From Octopus bimaculoides (taxonomy: Eukaryota): 43,686 nt of DNA. Made by a program: the position numbers and the translations under genes. This document shows positions 23,774 to 34,080 of this stretch, piece by piece. The notes under the pieces are model-generated. The model worked only from the letters and a program-made list of their open reading frames with translations. It was not told the origin of the DNA and did not search any database. Positions within the stretch are counted from its first letter, which is position 1. Each line of letters begins with the position of its first letter. Where the stretch lies: positions 162,137,196 through 162,180,881 of the forward strand of contig NC_068981.1 of NCBI RefSeq assembly GCF_001194135.2, given 5' to 3'.

Positions 23774-24140
23774 TTTACCAACCATAACACATTAGTTGAA
23801 GATACTATATTTTATCAACCCCAAAAGGATGAAATGCATAGTTGACTTTAGTAGAAATGAACTCAGAACATAAGGAGCTAGAAAAATTACTGCAAAGTAA
23901 TTCTTTTTTCTGACAATCTAATAACTTTACCAATTCTTTGATTTCTCACAAAGGTCCAAGGTCACAAACTTTAGAGTAGATTTGTAGACAACTGATTAAT
24001 TGGTTGTAAAATAATTACTTTGTTTGACTTGTAACCATTGTATTGATTCTGAAAGGATGAAAGATAAAGTCAATATTCATGCATGTGTGTATGAGTGTAT
24101 AAATATACATATATACATACATACGTATGTATGTATGTAT

Positions 24141-24531
24141 GTTGTTGTTGTTGTTGGCATTCCGTCGCTTACGACATCGAGGGTTCCAGTTGTTCCAATC
24201 AATGGAACAGCCTGCTCGTGAAATTAACGTGCAAGTGGCTGAGCACTCCATAGACATGTGTACCCTTAACGTAGTTCTCGGGGATATTCAGTGTGACACA
24301 GTGTAACAAGGCTGACCCTTTGAATTACAGGCACAACAGAAACAGGAAGTAAGAGTGAGAGAAAGTTGTGGTGAAAGAGTACAGCAGGGTGTGCCATCAT
24401 CCCCTGCCGGAGCCTTGTGGAACTTTAGGTGTTTTCGCTCAATAAACACTCACAACGCCCGGTCTGGGAATCGAAACCACGATCCTATGACCGCGAGTCC
24501 ACTGCCCTAACCACTGGGCCATTGCACCTCC
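24141..24531 (-). mobile_element. SINE family B, full length, with 15-18 bp TSD
   Basis: Head ggaggtgcaatggcccagtggttagggcagtggactcgcggtcataggatcgtggtttcgattccc. TSD acgtatgtatgtatgtat at 24123-24140 and 24532-24549. Confidence 0.9.
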
Positions 24532-25052
24532 ACGTATGTATGTATGTATACATAGTAAAATAAGGATTCAGATAGAATCAGGTACTTAAAAAGATATGCA
24601 CCTAGGTATGGCCGATGGTTGGTAAGTATCAAATGGGATTTCATAGTTAGCCTCGACAGACTTCAACCATGTCTCTGCTGTATTCTTGGGATATCTTTTT
24701 GTTTGTAAAATTACGTTTCATCTGATGATTACGAATTTTTGTAATGGAGCAATGTTCTCATTCTTCTATTAAAAGAAATAGTTGCAATGAGCTAACAATT
24801 ATCCATCATCTGTTATTATTAATTTGATTTTATATACACATATATATATTCAGCACAGATTACTGATTTGGTAAGAATTTATATATTGCTTTCTCTAAAT
24901 AGAGGAGTCCGCGAAATAGCAGGAGGTCTATATATAAGGATGATGCGCTTTTTACAATGGTAAACACATCTAGTAGGATGTTGGGAAAATATAGAAAGAA
25001 ATTTTTTAGGTTCTTTAAAAATATAGGTCTATTTATAACGATAGAAGATTGC

Positions 25053-25335
25053 TGTAACGTAATTTGTTATGTACAATAAATAAGATAACCAGACAACAGC
25101 AAACACAATGTAACAAACTAACAAATCTCTTTACGAACCAACAGTCAATATTACTTGTGAACTAACCAACCGACGACACCTTCTGACTTCACTGCGAACT
25201 AACACAAACTTCATTGCGAACTAACACAAACTTCACTTGATTCCAAACCCTGAACTCACTCAGATCGTTACTGTTTATACTTTACTCAGACCAGTTTGTC
25301 TCTCATAAGGGGGCGTCGTAACTCTCATCCCAACA
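25053..25335 (-). mobile_element. 3' LTR (283 bp) of a Gypsy element
   Basis: Minus strand TGTTGGGA...ACGTTACA, preceded directly by the polypurine tract aaaaggggaga (25336-25346). Confidence 0.75.
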
Positions 25336-25346
25336 TCTCCCCTTTT

Positions 25347-25980
25347 GATATTTCAACTACTGTAAGAAAGTAGAATTTCTTTTATTTTTTTCTTTCCAGC
25401 ACCTCTCCCGCATTTTTTAAAATTGTTGTATCTTCATTGCTGCTCAACTTTTAAAGTAGTATTTTTTGTTGCACACAGTACCTCTTCTTTTCTTTGTACT
25501 AAACACTCTTGTTAGAACTCCTGTTTTTTTTTCCTTGAAAAATTAATATCTTTTTCATTTAGGTATTACTTCTAGATATTCAGTCTGTTTTCGTTTTCTG
25601 AAGCAAGTTCTACAGGGTTCAATATCTCTCAATGCTGGCACTTCAAACATATCATAGAAGACTTCCATTGGTATTACCCTTTGTTCTTCTGTATGTCTTA
25701 TCTTTAACTGGTTAAGGTGTCTCTTATGTTCCGAACATTGTCATTAATTAAATACAGCATGTTACCCAATCTTTTGATTACACAGCCATCCTCATTACCA
25801 TTTTTGTAATGTTTAAAATGAACTTTATCTCCTATTCAAAATGTTTTGTAATATTTCTTGTATTTCCTTCAAATGCATTTTTTGTCTTTCCTTTATATGT
25901 ATTTTTTCCTGAAAATAATTGATTAAAGATCGATTCTATTTTACGTGCGAACATTAACTCTGCTTGGTGACTTTCTTGAA
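25347..25980 (-). pseudogene. Ty3/Gypsy integrase C-terminal region
   Basis: HQAELMFARKIESIFNQL / IGDKVHFKHYKNG...GCVIKRLGNMLYLI / HLNQLKIRHTEE..IPMEVFYDMFEVP, with frameshifts. Confidence 0.75.
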
Positions 25981-26973
25981 TTAGTAACAAACTCACTTAT
26001 AAAAAAAACATTTCGTCCAGAATGAACCAATTGTCAGCCAATGAGAATATTTTCAAACTTAATGAAAACTACTTGGCACTTAAGAAAGCAGGATATAATG
26101 ATAAAATTAAGTTTAATAAGTCAAATATCGAATCATATTTAAATAGTAATTTTAATATTGCAGACCTAAAATCTAGTACTATAAACAAATCTACTTCGAA
26201 CAAATGTAGTAGTGGAGTTTTAAAATCAAATATTCAAGTTGGTAAAGTAACAAGAGTAGGTGATTTTAATAGCGAGAATAAAAAGGTGAACAATTATGTT
26301 TATAACAAAAGGAAAAATCATAAGATTGTTGATAACCAAGTTAAAAATTCTTGTACTGCTAATGGAAATGAGGATGTAGTATTCTCTAATAAAATCTCTA
26401 ATTCTTTTAATATAAAATCGCCTAAAAGATTTAAAGATAAAAATAAAAGTAAAATAAACACCAACTTTAAAATGGATCAAAACCAGAGAATACTTACTCC
26501 TTCAAAAAACAGATAAAAGGTCAAAATTATGATCTTATCTCAAAGAATTCTTTATGGTTAATCGTTCCATTTGGTAAACAGGTCAATTAGAATTTTTCCA
26601 AATTGTTTAATATAGCAATTCAAAAATATTTTCCAAGAAACCACAGATATTACAAAATTTTTAATTAGCACAAGATTATATTGGGTTATTGTTTTAGTTG
26701 TAAGGTTGCACAAATTATAGCAACACATAATATTAAGATAATATCGAAATTTCTAAAAAAGCGATTACAGTCAGAATAGCATAATAAATTCTAAGCATAA
26801 TAACATCAAATAGAATAAAGAAACTCAAATAGAAGGAAGCACTAAAAAAATTAAATGTTGTGGAAAGGGAAACAACCCAATTTAGTATAAATAATAATGT
26901 CAAATTGAATAAAAGTTCAGTTAGAAATAGAACAAGATAACGTTATCTAAAGGAGTAAATAGTAATAGAGAAC

Positions 26974-27465
26974 TTGGTGGAAATGAATTTAATTCTACAA
27001 TCAATGATTGAAGCTAAATCTGACAGAAATATAAAAGGCGATCTTTGCAATTGTTCTAAATGGGAATCTAGTTATATGAAAAATATGTGTAAAACTAAAA
27101 ATATAATATATGGATGTATAGTTACATCTGAGGGTAAGGAATTCATTTACATCAGTGGGACATTATTAATTTCCAAGAAGAGACTTGCAAGTCATTTGAG
27201 TTCATTTAAGGACAAAAATAAAAGGTTCCAAACGAGTCTTAGCGAATTAATCTGGTCTTTTAAGGACAGTAACAAGGACTATACGATTAGAGGGGAGTTA
27301 ATTTGTACTGCAAAACCATACAGACCTGGAACCAATAGTTGTGACCTATGTTTGGAAGAATTTTACAGGATTTTCATATCCAAGGGTAATATAATAAATT
27401 CTAGACAGGAGCAGGCATTGAGATGCTTGCACATGAGGAAATTTACATTTCCCAAATATAAATGA
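26974..27465 (+). pseudogene. GIY-YIG endonuclease domain of the Penelope-like element
   Basis: Open 163-aa frame with PLE-type Cys/His motifs. The YIG motif is altered to YIS. Confidence 0.8.
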
Positions 27466-27636
27466 GTAATTATCATTTAAACTACACAAAGTTTTGAAAT
27501 GATGGACTGAAAATGATTATCCAATAAGAATTTGAAATCGAGATTGTTTACATCTGACTTAATGAACAACTCCACATTGTACAACGCAGAGTTTATAAAA
27601 GAAAATCATTAAACGGCCATACTAAGGGATATCAAG

Positions 27637-27727
27637 TTAAGACCCTGAAGAGGCTGCACTATTTTATAGCAGGATTGCAACTGCAATGATTACTAATCGG
27701 TGCAATTGAAACATGTATTGGTCTTAA
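27637..27727 (+). ncRNA. Type I hammerhead ribozyme motif
   Basis: Stem I ttaagacc/ggtcttaa, CTGAAGA at 27645-27651, stem II tgcac/gtgca, GAAA at 27708-27711, palindromic ACATGT, GUA cleavage triplet. Confidence 0.7.
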
Positions 27728-28351
27728 AAGGTAGTATATAATTATAGAATTAAAGGTAATGCTACTTCGGAGTTATCCTTATTTTTAATATTGTCTATAT
27801 ATATATATAACGTGAGAGAGTTAGGGGTTGGGGGTTCAACCCACTAAGGGATAGTATCTATCCAGTATACTGCTGGGAGGGTACCCAATTATTGCTACAC
27901 TAGTGCTATGCTAGGTGCAATCAATGGGAGCGGGTAAAAGTGGAGGTTTTACCCAAAATTTGTGTAACAATTAGAAAATGGAGGATAATATGCTGAACCC
28001 AACTACTTGCAGACGGTGTATCCCGTTGAATTCATTAATTTAATTCATAGCAAAAGTGACAAAAAAAGGAAGAAAAGAAAAAGAAAGAAAGAACCAAAGC
28101 ACAGGTGTCTATGGCAGACTATGTTATTCTGCCAACATGGTTTACATATAGAAGTACAAAGTACATAAGGAATTANNNNNNNNNNNNNNNNNNNNNNNNN
28201 NNNNNNNNNNNNNNNNNNNNNNNNNNNNNNNNNNNNNNNNNNNNNNNNNNNNNNNNNNNNNNNNNNNNNNNNNNNNNNNNNNNNNNNNNNNNNNNNNNNN
28301 NNNNNNNNNNNNNNNNNNNNNNNNNNNNNNNNNNNNNNNNNNNNNNNNNNN

Positions 28352-28393
<42 letters not shown>

Positions 28394-29403
28394 CAATTAT
28401 ATATATATATACACACACATGCACACACATATATATATATATGTATGTATAAATGTATATACATACTTGTGTATCTTATCATCATCATAATTTTAACATC
28501 CACTTTTACATGCTTGTGTAGGTTGGATAGTATTTGTTGAAGCACATTTGAAACAGAATTGAAGAAATATTAATAACCACCTAGCCTACAAACTCAGCCT
28601 CCATACAACACGAAGGTTAGAATTTCTAAATATTAATCAAATTGCTCATAGAACAATGAACCTCTAGAGAGAAACATAGAACAACAACCTTTGCACCTAC
28701 TCAAATCCTTTTGTGAACACCAAAACACATGATAACAAATTCTCATGCTAACAACACCTTGACATAGCAGACTAATAACCCCCACCTTCCAAATACAAAC
28801 AAGGAATATCCTAAATAACAACAAGTAAAGAAACTGACTTGCCAAAACATATCACCCCTATTTACATTCTTTTGTAGACCCTTAAAAATTTCCATTACAA
28901 AAATGTTAAGACACCCAATTACTAAGTTTTTAAATACTGGGCTAAATTTTGAACCCTTTGACCTTTACATTATTAAAGCAAAGGATTAGATCCGATAAAA
29001 CCAAAAATAACTGAAACTACTGGTATATCCTAGACCTACCAACGCCCTAGTTGTGAAAAAAAAAACGATCCCAATACCTGAAGTGGAGACACCTAAACAT
29101 ACATACCTGCTAACAAAGTTCTACATACATGAATAAATTCTAAACATTAATACAACCACAAATTTAATAAAAAAAATTTCTCTAAAACACCTCTCTACCA
29201 CAACCCACCCTACAACCTAATTACCACTCCCCTCAAACCCACATACCCAAGGAAGATTTTAACTCTAACGAGACTATACAAAGCCAAGTCTAACTTCAAA
29301 GCATCACACTCTGATGATAGGTTAACTGGTTGATACTTTGAAGTCACTGTCAATAATAAGCTTGTTTAAGAATAATAAATATAAGTATATATATAAGTAT
29401 ATA

Positions 29404-29503
<100 letters not shown>

Positions 29504-29517
29504 ATATAAAATATTTA

Positions 29518-29892
29518 CATTCTGAGTTCAAATTCTACCAAGGTTGACTTTGCCTTTCATCCTATCGGAGTTGATAAATTAAGAACCAGTTGTGTACAGG
29601 GGCCGATGTAATCGACTGACCTCCTCCCCCAAAATTTCTGGGAGTAGAAAAGAGTGCCTAGAGTAGAAAAGAATATATAATATATGTATGTATAATATAG
29701 CATACCAGGCAAAATACTTGGCAGCATTCTGTCCATCTTTACATTCTGAGTTGAAATTCCACCAAGGCCAATTTTGCCTTTCATCCTTTCAGGGTTGATA
29801 AAATAAGTACTCGTTGAGCACCGTGGTCAATGTAATCAACTTACTCCCTCCTGTCTCCTGAAATTGCTGGCCTTGTGCCAAAATTTGAAACC
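29518..29892 (+). mobile_element. Two tandem SINE family D copies
   Basis: Both carry ttacattctgagtt.aaatt..accaagg....tttgcctttcatcct.tc.g.gttgataaa. Confidence 0.8.
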
Positions 29893-30333
29893 AGTATATA
29901 TATATATTTATATTTACGCACACACACACACATACATATATATGTGACGTTCGGGTAACTTCCTTTATCATAATTAAATTGTTTGTTCTTGTCTGGGTTA
30001 TTAAAGGAAGTTATATTTTTTTGTTGGTGAAACCTATTCATTCCAATAAAAAATTCCTGAAGAAAAGCCTAATTTTGATTTCAAAAGAATTATTTTTTCC
30101 GTTTTGTTTTTGGAATTAATTAGGCTTGGAAACAATTTGTAGAATCTTTATTGGGTTTGTACCAACTTTGGATTAAAAGATCATCTATACCTATATTTTT
30201 TTTCCTTTCCTTATTCTTTATACTGATCATATAGTTTTTGTTTATATATTCTTTCCTTGACTGAATCAGTGGACTTGGATGTTTAACATCCCTTTGAAGG
30301 ATTTTGGTCCTTACTTCTTTTATATATATATAT

Positions 30334-30918
30334 ACTAGCAGAAATATCCAGCGTTGCCTGGATTAAAGAAAATAATGAAATTCGAAAATGCCTTTTAGAT
30401 CTCTAACATGACACATGGATTATGCAGTTCTCAACAGTAATTAGCTGAGGTACAAACTATTAATGTCAATAACATATTTTATCCAATGTTCTCAGTGTTA
30501 AAATTGTTAAAAAAAAAACAGGTAGTTCTTTGTCTTTGCAATCACCTTCAATTGTCAGTACTTATTTGAAACACATTGAACCTGAAAATGCATAAACTTG
30601 AGAAGAACCAGCCTGCAGGCACTCCTCTCCTGTTAAAAAGTACATCAACTCCATGTAAAATACATTTAAATGAGCATTCATTATAACGGCATTCCCACAT
30701 GCATTCTTTTCAAGTTATTTTGATGTTACACTCGCTTGCCCTAAGCCTTATTGCACGCAAATGGAGAAAACGTACACTGCTTATATATCGATCGCTGTAC
30801 GCCAGCGTCTAACAGCTTTGGCTTTTTAATGCACAAAAAAATTGAAATTATTTTTTTTCTGTGCCTCTGATTAAAATTTACGAAAAACAAACCCAGCCAC
30901 ATTACTTGGAAAAAAATA
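30334..30918 (+). mobile_element. Helitron-like non-autonomous element, 5' end (tentative)
   Basis: Starts (ta)n-actagcagaaatatccagcgttgcctgg with a small hairpin, a pattern typical of Helitron-derived repeats. The 3' end is lost in a gap. Confidence 0.4.
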
Positions 30919-31391
30919 NNNNNNNNNNNNNNNNNNNNNNNNNNNNNNNNNNNNNNNNNNNNNNNNNNNNNNNNNNNNNNNNNNNNNNNNNNNNNNNNNN
31001 NNNNNNNNNNNNNNNNNNNNNNNNNNNNNNNNNNNNNNNNNNNNNNNNNNNNNNNNNNNNNNNNNNNNNNNNNNNNNNNNNNNNNNNNNNNNNNNNNNNN
31101 NNNNNNNNNNNNNNNNNNNNNNNNNNNNNNNNNNNNNNNNNNNNNNNNNNNNNNNNNNNNNNNNNNNNNNNNNNNNNNNNNNNNNNNNNNNNNNNNNNNN
31201 NNNNNNNNNNNNNNNNNNNNNNNNNNNNNNNNNNNNNNNNNNNNNNNNNNNNNNNNNNNNNNNNNNNNNNNNNNNNNNNNNNNNNNNNNNNNNNNNNNNN
31301 NNNNNNNNNNNNNNNNNNNNNNNNNNNNNNNNNNNNNNNNNNNNNNNNNNNNNNNNNNNNNNNNNNNNNNNNNNNNNNNNNNNNNNNNNNN

Positions 31392-31782
31392 TTCAGTCTC
31401 ACTGCATGGCACCTTGGGCAAGTGTCTTCTACTATAGCCTCGGGCCGACCAAAGCCTTGTGAGTGGATTTGGTAGATGGAAACTGAAAGAAGCCTGTCGT
31501 ATATATGTATATATATATGTGTGTGTGTATATGTTTGTGTGTCTGTGTCTGTCCCTCCAACATCGCTTGAGAATTGATGGTGGTGTGCTTACATACCTGT
31601 AACCTAGCGGTTCGGCAAAAGAGACCGATAGAATAAGTACTAGGCTTACAAATAATAAGTCCTGGGGGCGATTTGCTCGACTAAAGGTGGTGCTCCAGCA
31701 TGGCCGCAGTCAAATGNNNNNNNNNNACTAAAGGTGGTGCTCCAGCATGGCCGCAGTCAAATGACTGAAACAAGTAAAAGAG
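31392..31782 (+). mobile_element. SINE family C (CORE-like central segment ccttgggcaagtg)
   Basis: B-box end, core, internal (TA)/(TG) tract, tail ...gcagtcaaatgactgaaacaagtaaaagag. Confidence 0.85.
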
Positions 31783-31867
31783 TATATATATATAAATATA
31801 TATATATATATACACACATAGATACATAAATATATATATACACACGCACACACATACAAACACACAC

Positions 31868-31901
<34 letters not shown>

Positions 31902-32019
31902 CTTTATAATTGTTAAAGAGCAGCCCTAGTAATCCATTACAGCACTTGCCTAGTGTAGCTAATCGTTTAGATCACCTGTGAACTAAACCTTCATACTTTG
32001 TACACACACACACACACAC

Positions 32020-32061
<42 letters not shown>

Positions 32062-32124
32062 AAACATGCACACACACACACATATATAGTCATCTGACAA
32101 TCCACCACCCTAAAACCAGCTTAA

Positions 32125-32340
32125 CTCTTTAGCATTTCACAGCTGGATCAAATATTCTAACCATTTTATGTTTGAACTGGTCAGATCTGACCTCTTACAT
32201 CTTCCTTACAATGTCATTCTAAAAATAAACAATCACATCATCAAAATCTTGAAGCTACGAGATAATATGAATAATAATATGACAAAATAATACGAATAAA
32301 TAAGTATTACATTGGACCATGCAATCTGAATGTTGAAGGG
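32125..32340 (-). mobile_element. MITE family E with intact TTAA on both sides
   Basis: TTAA(32121-32124) ctctttagcatt ... aatgttgaaggg TTAA(32341-32344). Confidence 0.8.
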
Positions 32341-32725
32341 TTAATAATGAAAAATATTGATTGTTGCAATTATCCCTTGCAAACAGATGACTATTTTCAA
32401 AATTAATTAAAACACAAATGGTGTATTTCATTAGAAATATAGTCGCTAAGGATTTGTCCTTTGAAATGTGAATTTCTGTTTTCAGAGTAAGAGAGAAATT
32501 CATAGGAACCAATTTGTCTACTACAGAGTAATAGAATTATTGTTTTCTATCTGTAGTTGCAGATGTGTTCAAGAATCTGTTTGATAAAACTTTCTCTCCA
32601 AAGACAATTCTTCTGAGAAAATATCTTTGAAGACAGATTAACTAAAACTTCTGAAAAAATATATTGTCTCCATCATTAATGATAATAATGCATTCTAATA
32701 TTAATAATGATTATTATTATTTTAG

Positions 32726-32786
<61 letters not shown>

Positions 32787-32794
32787 TAATAATA

Positions 32795-32870
32795 GTTGTT
32801 TTCAGAAAGCATTTATGAGCACCTTGACAACCAGAATTTACTACCAGAAGAGCAGAAGGGTTGCAGAAGG
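32795..32870 (+). pseudogene. R4/Dong-like RT N-terminal fragment after (AAT)n
   Basis: SIYEHLDNQNLLPEEQKGCRR. Confidence 0.7.
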
Positions 32871-32894
32871 TGAGGAATACATGGTCTATTATAT

Positions 32895-34080
32895 ATAGAC
32901 AAAGCAATTCTTGGCATACTTTATAAATCTTGACTCCAAACCAGGCATGTTTGGTTGTGTTGTATTGTTTGAATTGGAGACTTTCCTTGAATCTCCACAA
33001 ACTCTCATCCATGCAAATGTCCTGTGTGTGGACATACACCATTCTGAAATCTTCAGCCACTCCATCAATGAAAGGACGTATTTTCTACTGCTTGTCATCT
33101 TGGTTCTCACCTGTGTTGAAATGTAGATTTTGAAGAAGCACCAAAAATCAATCATGTGTCATCGTTTCCAGAAAGAAAGGTATCAATATGGCTGGATCCT
33201 GATTCCAATATGACACCAGGGTTGGTTTCCTCATGAAGCCCATCAATATCTGCAGGGCAAGCAGAACATTGATTTTTGTCTCCAGTGGTTGGAAACCAAT
33301 CACCATCATGCCTGGGTCTGACATGCTGGGGATGGTTTTCAGCATAGTCATTCATTTTGTCCGCTATATATTGGAACATTTCATCATCATCATCGTTTAA
33401 CGTCCGCTTTCCATGCTAGCATGGGTTGGGTGATTTGACTGAGGACTGGTGAACCCGATGGCTACACCAGGCTCCAATCTGATTTGGNNNNNNNNNNTGG
33501 GTTGGGTGATTTGACTGAGGACTGGTGAACCCGATGGCTACACCAGGCTCCAATCTGATTTGGCAGAGTTTCTACAGCTGGATGCCCTTCCTAACACCAA
33601 CCACTCCAAGAATGTAGTGGGTGCTTTTATGTGCCACTGGCACGAGGGCCAGTCAGGAGGTACTGGCAACAGCCACACTCGAAACAGTGTATTTTACGTG
33701 CCACCTGCACAGGAGCCAGTCCAGCGGTACTGGCAGCGATCTTGCTTGAATGTCTTTTCATGTGCCTTTGGCACAAGTGCCAGGAAGGCGACGTTGTGTT
33801 AAAACCTCATGGAAGATTTCCAATAGCGAACTTCCATGTTCAAGGTTTGCCTTTATACCAGGCATACCAGTAAAACCCATGCTGTCAGATGAAATTGTCT
33901 CTCACTCGCCACACAACATTCTGTTGTACATGACCATTCACTGCTGCCCATTTGTACCTTTGATTCACTGGAATATCATCAGTGCTGTTGGAATCATTTG
34001 ATTCTGAACTAGGAAAATACTCATTCTCCTAGTTATTATCCGAATCAGAAGAAACAACTGGTGATGTGGTGGCGCTTAGT
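32895..34080 (-). pseudogene. piggyBac (PGBD4-like) transposase fossil, split by a family A insertion
   Basis: Acidic N-terminus SSDSDN.., FTGMPGIK..SLLEIFHEVLT | DEMFQYIADKMNDYA..WFPTT.., ILMGFMRKPTLVSYWNQDP..IPFFLETM, YVHTQDICMDESLWRFKESLQFKQYNTTKHAWFGVKIYKVC. Confidence 0.85.
33381..33797 (-). mobile_element. Family A copy inserted in the piggyBac ORF
   Basis: (cat)n cgtttaacgtccgctttccatgctagc plus three internal units. Confidence 0.85.

Larger units (their letters stand above)
25985..27790 (+). mobile_element. 5'-truncated Penelope-like element (RT C-terminus, linker, GIY-YIG, 3' non-coding/pLTR region)
   Basis: SRMNQLSANENIF..Y.ALKKAGY; W..VPF...KYFPRNHRYYKIFN....GYC...IIATHNIKI; CNC...IIY..V...YISGT...KKRLASHLSSF...TSLSELIWSFK...CDLCLEE...INSRQE...CLHMRKF. 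Broken by stops and frameshifts. Confidence 0.85.

Noticed and set aside
24715-24750. Second hammerhead-like string (ctgatgattac...gtaatggagc)
   Set aside because: GAAA is replaced by GGAG, the closing pair is T-T, and there is no convincing stem I.
29950-30300. Possible second Penelope fragment on minus (QKNITSFNNP)
   Set aside because: Only one weak motif in AT-rich sequence, insufficient for a call.
31680-31763. 37-bp direct repeat around a 10-N gap
   Set aside because: The same sequence sits on both sides of a placeholder gap, typical of unmerged contig overlap rather than a real duplication.
33422-33563. 66-bp direct repeat around a 10-N gap
   Set aside because: Same overlap artefact as at 31680.
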